Shown: positions 37,975-47,732, counted from the stretch's first letter. The stretch is 64,000 bases of DNA from an uncultured Mycoplasmatota bacterium (GCA_947643405.1 CANRVY010000001.1:31852-95851); one strand, 5' to 3'. Translations and numbers: made by a program. The notes: generated by a model from the letters alone, not told the origin.

Positions 37975-38627
37975 TATTCACTCACTTTTACCATAGCAGG
38001 TCTAATGACTCTATCTTTATATAAATATCCTTTTTGTAATACTTCAATCACCATTCCTGGTTCCATTCCATCTACATGTGCTGTCATCACTGCTTGATGA
38101 TAAGCTGGGTCGAATGGTTTATTATTTCCATCAATGGCTTTTATTTCATATTTTCCTAAAATATTTACAAAGTTACAATAAATCATTTTAAAACCTTCTA
38201 AGAATTTTGAAAGTTCATCATCTAAATTTTCATCATCTAAAGCGATTGCTCTTTCAAAATTATCGATTGTAGAAAGCATATCTTTAATCATATCTTCTCC
38301 AGAATACTTTAGTAAACGACTGATTTCTTCATCTTTTCTTTTTCGGTAATTAATAAAATCTGCTTTGCTTACTAATAATTTATTTTCTAAATCTTTGTTA
38401 ACCTCTTTTAATTCTTCTAATTCCTGTTCTAACTTGTTTGCTTTCTTGTTTTTTCCAAATAGTTTTTTATTTTCTTTCGTTTCACAATCACATGAGTCAT
38501 CTTGATGCTCACCACAATCACATGGCTCTTCTATGCATTCTTCACATTCACATGTATTTTCTGCATCTTCACAAGAGCAATTTTCACATTCACAAGTTTC
38601 TTTTTTCAGCGTTTCCTTTTCTTCCAT
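37974..38627 (-). CDS. grpE: Nucleotide exchange factor GrpE with an unusual Cys-rich acidic N-terminal extension.
   Basis: The C-terminal two-thirds is typical GrpE (coiled coil plus beta domain). Residues 1-50 contain 13 Cys in CxC pairs. Confidence 0.85.
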   Translation of the reverse strand: MEEKETLKKETCECENCSCEDAENTCECEECIEEPCDCGEHQDDSCDCETKENKKLFGKNKKANKLEQELEELKEVNKDLENKLLVSKADFINYRKRKDEEISRLLKYSGEDMIKDMLSTIDNFERAIALDDENLDDELSKFLEGFKMIYCNFVNILGKYEIKAIDGNNKPFDPAYHQAVMTAHVDGMEPGMVIEVLQKGYLYKDRVIRPAMVKVSE

Positions 38628-38647
38628 TTTATACCTCCTTTTTAAAA

Positions 38648-39637
38648 TTATATCCCTATGTTTTGTTTAATATAGTCGAGTAATGCAATAACTCGGTCAT
38701 ATTCCATTCTTTTTGGTCCTATTAAAGCAATTGTTCCTTCTTCTCCACCTAATGAATATTTTGTTTTAATCACAGTAACATCATCATCAAATTCGTTTTC
38801 ACTACCAATATAAATATTAATTCCATTGTCTTCTTCCTTAATATTATTAATCATACTTTGGTCTTCAAACTTATTCATGATTTCTCTAATTTTAGTTGCA
38901 TCATCAAATTCTGGTTGCATTAAAATATTTTTTGTTCCTGTTACTCTAACATTCGCTTCTTTTGTAAAGTCACTAAATGCACTATAGAAGGCATTATAAA
39001 GAACCTCGTGCTGTTTTACATATTTTGCAATCACTGGTTTTACTTCAAACTCCAGTTTGCTACTAACTTCATCAATTGGTGTTCCTATAATCAATTTGTT
39101 GATTAACTCTACCGTTTGTCTTACTTCTTCTACAGAAATTGTATCTGGTAAATTCATAGTTCTATGTTCTACATGACCTTTATCTGTTACAACAATTGTG
39201 ATAAACTGAAAGTCATTTAATGGAACAACTTCTACTTTTGTTACTTTGTTTTCTTTTGAAGAACTTCCTAGAACTACTGATGTATAACTTGTGAGTTCAG
39301 AAATAATTTCCATGCTTCTAAGAATTGCATCATTTAAAGCAAGTGATTGATTGTGGAAAATTGTTTGTAATTTTAGCATATCTTCCCCATTCATTTCCTT
39401 TGGTTTCATAATATAATCAACATAATAACGATAGCCTTTTTCACTTGGAACACGTCCAGATGAAGTATGTGTTTTTTCTAAGTAGCCGAAATCTTCTAAT
39501 GTAGCCATTTCATTTCTAATGGTGGCACTAGAACAATTCATGATTTCACAAAGTGATTTTGAGCTGACTGGTCTTGCTGTTTTTATATAATCTTCAATAA
39601 TTAATTTTAGTAATTCTGTCTGTCTATCATTCATCAT
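38648..39637 (-). CDS. hrcA: Heat-inducible transcription repressor HrcA. The start is corrected to MMNDRQTELL.
   Basis: The N-terminus aligns with B. subtilis HrcA (MLTNRQLLIL...PVGSRTL). An RBS AGAGGTG lies 6 nt upstream of the ATG. The tracked ORF is extended upstream through a non-ATG start. Confidence 0.85.
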   Translation of the reverse strand: MMNDRQTELLKLIIEDYIKTARPVSSKSLCEIMNCSSATIRNEMATLEDFGYLEKTHTSSGRVPSEKGYRYYVDYIMKPKEMNGEDMLKLQTIFHNQSLALNDAILRSMEIISELTSYTSVVLGSSSKENKVTKVEVVPLNDFQFITIVVTDKGHVEHRTMNLPDTISVEEVRQTVELINKLIIGTPIDEVSSKLEFEVKPVIAKYVKQHEVLYNAFYSAFSDFTKEANVRVTGTKNILMQPEFDDATKIREIMNKFEDQSMINNIKEEDNGINIYIGSENEFDDDVTVIKTKYSLGGEEGTIALIGPKRMEYDRVIALLDYIKQNIGI

Positions 39638-39650
39638 TTTGTTCACCTCT

Positions 39651-39721
39651 TTAGCACTCTCTTTCAAACACTGCTATCAGTATATCATTATACGCTAGCA
39701 ATGTCAATATATGAGTGCTAA
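39651..39721 (-). promoter_or_regulatory. hrcA promoter (TTGACA-N17-TATACT) flanked by two perfect CIRCE half-sites, TTAGCACTC and GAGTGCTAA, that are 53 bp apart.
   Basis: Half-sites lie at 39651..39659 and 39713..39721. The -35 is at 39702..39707 and the -10 at 39679..39684 on the minus strand. Confidence 0.5.
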
Positions 39722-39752
39722 AAAAATAAAAAAGTATTTTTTAGATACTTTT
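39722..39752 (-). terminator. Rho-independent terminator after the radical SAM gene.
   Basis: Minus strand reads AAGTATCTAAAAAATACTT followed by TTTTTTATTTTTT. Confidence 0.45.
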
Positions 39753-41016
39753 AAAATTTTCTTTTTACGAGTTGTTTCGGTTTTACTATGTTTGCTGGAA
39801 TAAATTCACCTTTTTCATATTCTCTATCTAATTGATCAAAACGAATATTTTTTAAGGTCCCATTTACCAACATAGTGATATAAAGTCTTTCTTCATTATT
39901 TCTATCATAAACAAACATTTCTCCTGTTTGAATTCTATCTCTTAATTTTTCATATTGTTGTAATATTTTCTCACCTGCATAATATGAACTTTCCATACAA
40001 TAAGCTTCAGAATGATTTAAAAGTTTAGAAGCTGGTACTTGTTCTGAGTTTTGGTAATTATGTACAAATATAGGATAAATATCAAGCTCATAAATTAAAT
40101 CAATGGTTCTTTTCAAATCTTCTATTGTTTCTGTTGGGAATCCCGTTATAAATTCCGTTATTATAATAATATCTGGTCTTTCCTTTTTGATAAAGCGAAT
40201 AATCCTAATCAAATTTTCTAGTGAAATAGGGCGATTCATCAATCGATAAACTCTTGGGCTTCCACTTTCTAATGAGATAAAAATTCGTTTAATTTTAGGA
40301 TTTTTTATTATTTCGTCTACCAATTCTTTATACCAATTAATTAATGCTCCTATGTATGCAAATTTAATTTTATCGGGTTTGGTAAAAGCTTCTATCACTT
40401 CATGAGCCCTTTGTCTATTATATAAATCCATTCCATAAAGGCTTAAATTTGATGCGGTTAATGCAACATGATGAAATGGATAATCAATCATTTCAATATC
40501 TCTCGCCAAACCTTTTACTTTTTCAAATGGATAACTTTTTAATTCAAAATTCATATAATGACTTTTACAAAAACTACAATGGTTTAGGCAGCCGGAAACT
40601 GGAGAAAGTGAAATAGAAACATTATCTACTGAATATGGGATATCAAAATCATCCTCCATATTGTAACCTCTTAATAACTTTGCTATATATGGAACAAGTT
40701 CTTCCTGTTTTACAATTTCTATTTTTGCTAACAATTCTTTTTGTTCTTCTGTTAACTCAAATTTTACTCCCTTTGATACACAACCACTCACAATTATTTT
40801 GGCATCCGCTTTTACTCTTTTTAAAATATCTTCAATGCATTCAAAACTAAGAAGCATTTGTTGATAAGTCGATAAGCAAGTATCTATTATAATTATAAAA
40901 TCTGCTTCTTCTGGTTCTACAAATTCAAAGTGAAGAATTTTGACTAAATTTTTAATCATTGCTTTTTCTTTATGAACTCCACAGGCTCCTGCTCCACCTA
41001 TCCATATTTTTTTCAT
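39751..41016 (-). CDS. Radical SAM protein of the methylthiotransferase (MiaB/RimO/MtaB) type. The start is corrected to MKKIWIGG.
   Basis: An N-terminal MTTase-like domain carries three Cys (GACGVH, DTCLST, SGCVSKG). The radical SAM motif is CLNHCSFC (CxxxCxxC). An RBS GGGGGAAG precedes the corrected ATG. Confidence 0.65.
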   Translation of the reverse strand: MKKIWIGGAGACGVHKEKAMIKNLVKILHFEFVEPEEADFIIIIDTCLSTYQQMLLSFECIEDILKRVKADAKIIVSGCVSKGVKFELTEEQKELLAKIEIVKQEELVPYIAKLLRGYNMEDDFDIPYSVDNVSISLSPVSGCLNHCSFCKSHYMNFELKSYPFEKVKGLARDIEMIDYPFHHVALTASNLSLYGMDLYNRQRAHEVIEAFTKPDKIKFAYIGALINWYKELVDEIIKNPKIKRIFISLESGSPRVYRLMNRPISLENLIRIIRFIKKERPDIIIITEFITGFPTETIEDLKRTIDLIYELDIYPIFVHNYQNSEQVPASKLLNHSEAYCMESSYYAGEKILQQYEKLRDRIQTGEMFVYDRNNEERLYITMLVNGTLKNIRFDQLDREYEKGEFIPANIVKPKQLVKRKF

Positions 41017-41039
41017 ACTATCTTCCCCCATGAATTAAT

Positions 41040-41075
41040 ACTTATTATAATATTGTAAACGATATCTAGTCAAGA
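41040..41075 (-). promoter_or_regulatory. Sigma-A-type promoter for the radical SAM gene.
   Basis: Minus strand reads TTGACT, about 17-18 nt of spacer, then TATAAT, ahead of the RBS. Confidence 0.4.
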
Positions 41076-41097
41076 AAAAAATGTAGTCCCCTACATT
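41072..41097 (-). terminator. Rho-independent terminator after the DUF3419-like gene.
   Basis: Minus strand reads ATGTAGGGGACTACAT followed by TTTTTTT, overlapping the TAG stop. Confidence 0.45.
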
Positions 41098-42059
41098 GAT
41101 TTTCCTTTTGGTTTTTCATACAAATAAATACAGTCCTCTACATCTTTAGATATATCTACATTTCTCCATAATGGAAATCCAGAAAATGTAACAGTTTTAA
41201 ACTTTCCTTCTAGATAATCAAGTCCTTGAATTCTAAATTTCGTATGAAACAATCTTTTCAAAAAACTTCCTGTTACTTTAATTCTAGTTTTATAACCATA
41301 TTGATAAGCCATTTGAATAATGCCACCATCATTTAATTGTTTGCTAGCCTTATTTTGAATAAATTCTATATATTCATTGCTACCCATTGTACTAAAGCAA
41401 TCACTTACTAAGTAAGATTCAATATTAGAAAAGAACATGGCATCATATGTATCACTCCCTTCTCCAATTTCTAGTACATCTTTTTCTGTAAATGATATCT
41501 CTACATCATCTAATCTTGATTTTGTTTGTTCATAGTTTTCTTCACTATATAAATAAGGATTGCCAAGAATAGTATTTTTTATATTTGATGGCGCTTCTAT
41601 TAATTTGGATTTAAATAGTGCATTACCATCATTGGAAAATAGTTGATATATAGAATCCCAATATTCTAAAAATGGTTCTTCTAAAAATGGGATTAATCTT
41701 TGATACATACCATAATCCATCTTACTTTCTCCAAAAAAGAACTGTAAATATTCTTGATAAGAAAATGCTTTCATTGCTGCCATTTTTAATTGGGCATAAA
41801 AGATTGTATTCACATTTGTATCAAAATTACAAATCTTTTTTGCACCCTCATATATCAAATTAAAAGTTTGATCAAAACTTCCAGTTACAGTTAAAACTTC
41901 TTTTCCGTCCAAATTAATTTTTTCTAAATAAGATAAATTTTCTGTTGAAAATGAATAAATACTACTATATTTACTAAAGTCAGGATGCACAAAAGAGTAA
42001 TATTTTCTATTTAAAAATTCTACTGTTCCTTGTATTGCTTCTTGTACATTAAGTTCCAT
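41091..42059 (-). CDS. DUF3419-like protein (BtaA-like SAM-dependent 3-amino-3-carboxypropyl transferase family).
   Basis: LTVTGSFDQTFNLIYEGAKKICNFDTNVNTIFYAQLKMAAMKAFSYQEYLQFFFG matches the recalled DUF3419 pattern ItSaGcNaLdYL...AVDlNPaQnaLLeLKlAAi..L.yedFf.fFG. It has its own promoter (TTGACG-N17-TATATT) and an RBS AGGAGG. Confidence 0.45.
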   Translation of the reverse strand: MELNVQEAIQGTVEFLNRKYYSFVHPDFSKYSSIYSFSTENLSYLEKINLDGKEVLTVTGSFDQTFNLIYEGAKKICNFDTNVNTIFYAQLKMAAMKAFSYQEYLQFFFGESKMDYGMYQRLIPFLEEPFLEYWDSIYQLFSNDGNALFKSKLIEAPSNIKNTILGNPYLYSEENYEQTKSRLDDVEISFTEKDVLEIGEGSDTYDAMFFSNIESYLVSDCFSTMGSNEYIEFIQNKASKQLNDGGIIQMAYQYGYKTRIKVTGSFLKRLFHTKFRIQGLDYLEGKFKTVTFSGFPLWRNVDISKDVEDCIYLYEKPKGKSM

Positions 42060-42160
42060 TTCATAAACCTCCTATTTTAAATATATCCTGATTTTAAATC
42101 ATCGTCAATTATTTATTACAAAATAAAATATCGATGTGTAAAATTAATTTTTACAAAATT

Positions 42161-42193
42161 AAAAAAACGCAGAATTATTTTTCTACGTTTTTT
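42161..42193 (-). terminator. Rho-independent terminator of clpB.
   Basis: Minus strand reads ACGTAGAAAAATAATTCTGCGT (one G-U pair) followed by TTTTTTT. The loop contains the TAA stop. Confidence 0.45.
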
Positions 42194-44298
42194 AAAACAA
42201 ATGTATTATTTTCAATATCAATGATGATTTTACTATCAAATTTTATCTCATCCATAATAATTTTTTCAGCAAGTAAGGTTTCTAAGTTTCTACTTACGTA
42301 ACGTTTAATTGGACGAGCTCCATAGTTTTCATCATAAGATTCATTTATAATAAAGTTTTTAGCTTTTTCTGTTAGTTCGATAACAAGATGTTTGTCACTA
42401 AGTCTATATTCGATTTCCACAATGATTTTATTTAAAATATCATAAACAACTTCTTTGGTTAATGGTTTAAAAATAATAATTTCATCAATACGATTTAAAA
42501 ATTCTGGTTTAAATGTGTGTCTTAATTCTGTATGAATTAATTCTCTACTATTTTCTTTATTTTCTAAAATATATTCACTACCTAAATTAGAAGTCATAAT
42601 AATAATCGTATTTTTAAAATCTACTGTTCTACCTTGACTATCTGTAATTCTTCCATCATCTAATATTTGAAGTAATATATTGAAAACATCTTTATGCGCT
42701 TTTTCAATTTCATCAAATAAAACGATACTATATGGATTTCTTCTAACAGCTTCTGTTAGTTGTCCTCCTTCGTCATATCCTACATATCCTGGAGGTGCCC
42801 CTACTAATCTTGATACAGAATGCGCTTCCATATACTCACTCATATCAATTCGAATCATATGACGTTCATCATCAAATAGTTCATATGCTAATGTTCGAGC
42901 GACTTCTGTTTTTCCTACTCCTGTTGGGCCTAAGAAAATGAAAGAACCAATTGGTCTATTTGGGTCTTTAATTCCTGCTCTAGCACGAATAATCGCTTCA
43001 CTCACCAGTTTGAGAGCTTCTTCTTGACCTTTTACTCTTTTTTGCATGTTTTCTTCTAAGTGAATGAGCTTTTCTTTTTCTCCACTAACTAATTTTTGAA
43101 CAGGAATATTTGTCCATTTTGAAATAATTGCGGCAATTCCCTCTTCATCAACAGTATCACTTAACATATCTGATTTATCGTTTTCTTTCAGTTCTTCTAA
43201 TTCACGTTCTAACTTTGGAATCGTTCCATGTCTTAATCTTGCTGCTGCTTCTAAGTCATAATTATTTTCTGCTTGTTCTAATTCAAATCTTGATTTTTCT
43301 AATTCTGCTTTTTTTGATTTTACTTGATCGTTTATTTTCTTTTCATCTTGCCACTGATTACGTAATTCTGTTTCTTTTTCTTTTAATATTGTTATTTGTT
43401 CTTTAATTTCAGCTACTCTTTTTTTAGATATTTCATCATTATCTTTTTTTAAAGCGGCAAGTTCTATTTCTAATTGCATAATTTCTCTAGTTAACGTATC
43501 TAGTTCTACCGGAACAGAATCCATTTGCACTTTTATTGTAGCACAAGCTTCATCTACTAAATCAATTGCTTTATCTGGCAAAAATCGGTCTGTAATATAA
43601 CGATCTGATAATGTTGCTGCTGCTACTAAGGCCCTATCTTTTATATTGACACCATGATATACTTCTAATCTTTGTTTTAAACCTCGAAGTATTGTAATGG
43701 TATCCATAACATTTGGTTCTTTTACTAACACTTTTTGAAAACGTCTTTCTAAAGCTCCATCTTTTTCAATATACTTACGATATTCATTTAATGTAGTAGC
43801 ACCAATAACTTTAATTTCTCCACGAGCCAACATTGGTTTTAATATATTTCCAGCATCCATGGCTCCTTCTAAAGCACCTGCTCCTACAATCATGTGAATC
43901 TCATCAATAAACATAATGATTTCTCCGTTAGAATCTTTGATTTCTTTTAAGACTGCTTTTAATCTTTCTTCAAATTCTCCACGGTATTTTGCTCCTGCTA
44001 TTAAGGCTCCCATATCTAATTCCCAAATACGCTTATTTTTCAAAGATGCTGGTACATCACCTTTTATAATTCGGCTAGCTAGTCCTTCTACAATTGCAGT
44101 TTTTCCAACTCCTGGCTCTCCAATTAATACTGGATTATTTTTTGTTTTTCTTGAAAGGATTCTAGTAATACTTCTAATTTCTTCATCTCTACCAATTACT
44201 GGATCTACTTTTCCGTCTTTTACACTCTGAACAATATCTCTCCCATATTTTTCTAATACATTTTTTAAATTTTCTTCATATGGATTTCCACCATTCAT
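42175..44298 (-). CDS. clpB: Chaperone ClpB, a short 707-aa form lacking the N-terminal domain.
   Basis: Two AAA+ modules (GEPGVGKT and GPTGVGKT) and a long coiled-coil middle domain. The protein begins where the E. coli ClpB linker before NBD1 begins (..[14 protein letters not shown]..). Confidence 0.9.
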   Translation of the reverse strand: MNGGNPYEENLKNVLEKYGRDIVQSVKDGKVDPVIGRDEEIRSITRILSRKTKNNPVLIGEPGVGKTAIVEGLASRIIKGDVPASLKNKRIWELDMGALIAGAKYRGEFEERLKAVLKEIKDSNGEIIMFIDEIHMIVGAGALEGAMDAGNILKPMLARGEIKVIGATTLNEYRKYIEKDGALERRFQKVLVKEPNVMDTITILRGLKQRLEVYHGVNIKDRALVAAATLSDRYITDRFLPDKAIDLVDEACATIKVQMDSVPVELDTLTREIMQLEIELAALKKDNDEISKKRVAEIKEQITILKEKETELRNQWQDEKKINDQVKSKKAELEKSRFELEQAENNYDLEAAARLRHGTIPKLERELEELKENDKSDMLSDTVDEEGIAAIISKWTNIPVQKLVSGEKEKLIHLEENMQKRVKGQEEALKLVSEAIIRARAGIKDPNRPIGSFIFLGPTGVGKTEVARTLAYELFDDERHMIRIDMSEYMEAHSVSRLVGAPPGYVGYDEGGQLTEAVRRNPYSIVLFDEIEKAHKDVFNILLQILDDGRITDSQGRTVDFKNTIIIMTSNLGSEYILENKENSRELIHTELRHTFKPEFLNRIDEIIIFKPLTKEVVYDILNKIIVEIEYRLSDKHLVIELTEKAKNFIINESYDENYGARPIKRYVSRNLETLLAEKIIMDEIKFDSKIIIDIENNTFVLKNVEK

Positions 44299-44352
44299 AC
44301 GAAATCCCTCCTTTCGGTTTTTCTAAAACCAAATATATTGTAGCACCAAAAA

Positions 44353-44378
44353 TAGCACTCGTCAAGTGCAAGTGCTAA
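44353..44378 (-). promoter_or_regulatory. CIRCE operator (HrcA binding site) upstream of clpB.
   Basis: aTAGCACTC-gtcaagtgc-aAGTGCTAA against the consensus TTAGCACTC-N9-GAGTGCTAA. One mismatch per half-site and an exact 9-nt spacer. Confidence 0.6.
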
Positions 44379-44402
44379 TTAAGTGAATTTTACTATTTTT
44401 TA

Positions 44403-45242
44403 TTATTTAAATTCAAGTGTACTATTTTTGGTGCTATAAATTTTTTCTTTTGCTTTTCCATCTCCAGATAAAATTGATTCCTCCGGATTTAGTGCCATAA
44501 TTTCATCGCAGATTTTATAATAATAAAACTGGATTATCCAAGTATAATCTCTTTTTTCTAACGCTTCCATTAAAGCATTCTTATATTCTATTCTTTCTCT
44601 TTCCTCAATATAAATTGGTGGAATATCGATCTTTTTTAATAATAAATTAAGTAAAGCTCTAAAAGTTCTTTTATTTCCATCTGAAAAAGGTTGTAAACGA
44701 ATTAAATCAGTAGTTAAAATAATACACTGATCTATATAACTAAAAATGTCTCCGTTTTCTATGGAAGAAAAGGGATAATCTGCTAATGGAATTAGCAGAT
44801 TGAATAACCGTCTTGCTTCCGCTGCTGGGGGAATATCAACGCAAGTATCAAACATTACTACTTCGCTATCTCTTAGTTTTCCTCCAAATCCAGGTACACA
44901 ATAGGAATACAGTTTACTATGAATTCCAAGAGATGTTACAAAAAGATTAAAATAATCATGATCCACATCAAAACCCTGTATAAAATCATATACTGCTCCT
45001 AATCCTTTTCTTTCTTCTAAGGTAGTATTCTCTTCCACTTTACTTTCATTATAAATATATTTTCTTTTGTAATCTTCATATATAATGTCAAACTTTGGCT
45101 TTACAACATAATTTAAATATATTTCAATGATCATTTTTGGCATTTTATCTTGTTTTGCATATAGTTTGTTCATTGCCTTCCTAGCTTGATATCCATCTTG
45201 TAATAAAGACAACATAGATGCTGCTTCTTCTTTTGTTAACAT
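44403..45242 (-). CDS. Fic/Doc family protein with a Doc-type motif in which the catalytic His is replaced by Gln.
   Basis: LQPFSDGNKRTFRAL against the Doc motif HxFx(D/N)(A/G)NKR and the Fic motif HPFx(D/E)GNGRxxR. Confidence 0.65.
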   Translation of the reverse strand: MLTKEEAASMLSLLQDGYQARKAMNKLYAKQDKMPKMIIEIYLNYVVKPKFDIIYEDYKRKYIYNESKVEENTTLEERKGLGAVYDFIQGFDVDHDYFNLFVTSLGIHSKLYSYCVPGFGGKLRDSEVVMFDTCVDIPPAAEARRLFNLLIPLADYPFSSIENGDIFSYIDQCIILTTDLIRLQPFSDGNKRTFRALLNLLLKKIDIPPIYIEERERIEYKNALMEALEKRDYTWIIQFYYYKICDEIMALNPEESILSGDGKAKEKIYSTKNSTLEFK

Positions 45243-45347
45243 ATTATTCCCCCTTTTTAAATTGCTTTTTATTCTAACAGATATTTATAATTTGTCAAAT
45301 TTATAAACATATATTATAATAGACTTCCAAGAAAGAGGGATAATTAT

Positions 45348-46328
45348 ATGTATTATTGTTTTCCAATTGATTTAAAAGAAATGATTCCTGAAAGTAGGCT
45401 TGAAAACGTTTTGTTCTTTGATGAAGATCAAGACTGCTTTTTTGATTGTAATCATAAGAAGGTAGATATAAAAGACAAAAAGGTTTTGATTATTTCTGAT
45501 ATTTTTAGACTATATGAAATGCTTGACTTAATAGACGAATTTGAAGGAAATCCGATTAATTCTATAGAAGAAATTGAACAGGTAAAACATTGGCCACAAT
45601 TTATTGAAACTTTTCATCGAGACGTTTCTATTATAACTGGAGAATATTTTGAAGATTTATCTTTTCTTACTTATTTATTTGAAAAATATGGAGTCAATGG
45701 TTCTATTTTTTTAAAAACAGTTGAAAAAGATTTTCATGGTGTTATTTCCATCATAGATGCTGTAGAACCAAACAGTCCATTTAGAAAAGCTATGAAATAT
45801 CATTTACAAGATGAATTTATAATAAGTCCTGTTGTCACTATAGATCAAGATAAACTTGGAAAAAAAGAATATCGTGCATTTATTCATAATCGAACACTTA
45901 CATCTATTTCTAGGACTTTACATAAAACTTATCATCAAATACCAGAGCAAGTTATTCCTTTTATAAATGGTATTATTGCAGAGCTTCCAGATGATTTTCC
46001 TAGCTACTTCGTTTTAGATGTAGCTAGCATTAATGGAAAATTAGATATTTTAGAATTTAATCCAATCGAAACTGCTATGCCTTATCTTTATAACTCTAGG
46101 ATGGCTATAAATACTGGTGATCTTACACATCAAAATATAACTGCTATTCCAGAATATAAATCTATCGACTGTTCTTTTGATGGAGAAGAAATGCCTTCTT
46201 CCCCATTGTTTGATGATATTCCAGGAAGTTTTTCCCATGATTATCACAAAGCTTTAACCGGAGAAAATAAATTACACCCTGCACTTTCTAGTTTATTTGC
46301 AAGAGAATTCGTAAAAAGAAAACAGTAA
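45348..46328 (+). CDS. ATP-grasp domain protein (DUF4343-like).
   Basis: EYRAFIHNRTL and LDVASINGKLDILEFNP resemble the ATP-grasp E(Y/F)RVF and DIA..GK..LIELNP elements. The gene is divergent from the Fic gene. Confidence 0.45.
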   Translation: MYYCFPIDLKEMIPESRLENVLFFDEDQDCFFDCNHKKVDIKDKKVLIISDIFRLYEMLDLIDEFEGNPINSIEEIEQVKHWPQFIETFHRDVSIITGEYFEDLSFLTYLFEKYGVNGSIFLKTVEKDFHGVISIIDAVEPNSPFRKAMKYHLQDEFIISPVVTIDQDKLGKKEYRAFIHNRTLTSISRTLHKTYHQIPEQVIPFINGIIAELPDDFPSYFVLDVASINGKLDILEFNPIETAMPYLYNSRMAINTGDLTHQNITAIPEYKSIDCSFDGEEMPSSPLFDDIPGSFSHDYHKALTGENKLHPALSSLFAREFVKRKQ

Positions 46329-46435
46329 ACTGTTTCTTTTTTATTAAGAAATATTTTCTTTGAGCTAATTTGGCTTATCAAAACAAAATATAGTAAGTTT
46401 AATTTACATATAAAATTTCTGTCTCAGAAATACAA

Positions 46436-47732
46436 TTACTTCATTATTTTTTTAGGGACAAGAACTTCTTTTCCACCCATATATGGTCTTAAAGCTTCTG
46501 GAACTTTAATACTTCCATCTTCCATATAATTATTTTCTAATACAGCAATTAAACCTCTTGGAGTTGCTAAAACAGTATTGTTCAAAGTTGCAACTAAGTA
46601 GTTTCCATTTTCTCCTTTGGCGCGAATAGAAAGTCTTCGTGCTTGTGCATCACCTAAAGTGGAACAAGAACCGACTTCAAAATATTTTTGTTGCCTTGGA
46701 CTCCACGCTTCAACATCACAAGACTTTACTTTAAGGTCTGCTAAATCTCCACTACAACATTCTAATGTTCTAACAGGAACATCTAAGCTTCTAAAAAATT
46801 CTACTGTATATGACCACATTTTATGATACCAGTTCATTGCATCTTCTGGTTTACAAAGAACTACCATTTCTTGTTTTTCAAATTGATGAACACGATAAAG
46901 GCCTCTTTCTTCTATTCCATGAGAACCAACTTCTTTCCTAAAACAAGGACTATAAGATGTCATTGCAATTGGAAGTTCCTCTTCTTTTACTATTTGATCT
47001 TTAAATTTTCCAATCATAGAATGTTCAGAAGTACCAATTAAATATAAGTCTTCATTTTCTATTTTGTACATCATATTTTCCATTTCAGTAAATGACATAA
47101 CTCCTGTTACTACATCACTTCTGATCATAAATGGTGGAACACAATAAGTAAATCCTTTTTCTATCATAAAATCTCTAGCATAAGAAATCATAGCTGAATG
47201 CAGTCTTGCAACATCTCCTATCAAATAATAAAATCCATTTCCAGAAGTTCTTCCTGCACTTTCCTTATCAATTCCATTCAATTTAGCGCAGATATCAGCA
47301 TGATGTGGTATTTCATAGTTTGGAATGATTGGTTCTCCAAATTTCTCATTTTCCACATTTTCACTATCATCTTTTCCAATTGGTACAGAATCATCAATCA
47401 TTTGTGGAATTGTCATCATAATTTTTTTAATTTCTACATCTAATTCTTCCATTTCTTTTTCCAAGTCTACTAAAGAAGTATTAATTTCTACTACTCGTTT
47501 CTTTTTTTCCTCTGCTTCTTCTTTTTTACCATCTTTCATCAGTCCACCAATTAATGAAGAAGTTTCATTTCTTTCTTTCCTGAAATCATCTACTTGTTGT
47601 TGAAGCGCTCTTTTTCTGTCATATTTCTCACTTACTTCATCTACAAGTGGCATTTTTTCTTCTTGAAATTTCTTTTTTAAGTTTTCTTTTACTGCTTCAT
47701 TGTTTTCTCTTAAAAATTTAATATCTAACATT
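46436..47732 (-). CDS. serS: Serine--tRNA ligase. The start is corrected to MLDIKFLRENNE.
   Basis: SerS N-terminal coiled coil plus a class II core. An RBS AGAGGGA precedes the corrected ATG. The tracked ORF extends 20 codons upstream into the T-box terminator. Confidence 0.9.

Noticed and set aside
39651..39721. Treating the hrcA upstream region as a canonical CIRCE.
   Set aside because: The half-sites are perfect but the spacer is 53 bp, not 9 bp. The region is reported instead as a split operator in the findings.
43128..43406. Leu-rich 92-aa plus-strand ORF inside clpB.
   Set aside because: It is antisense to the clpB coiled-coil region (the Glu/Lys-rich sense strand gives Leu/Phe-rich antisense). 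It is an artefact.
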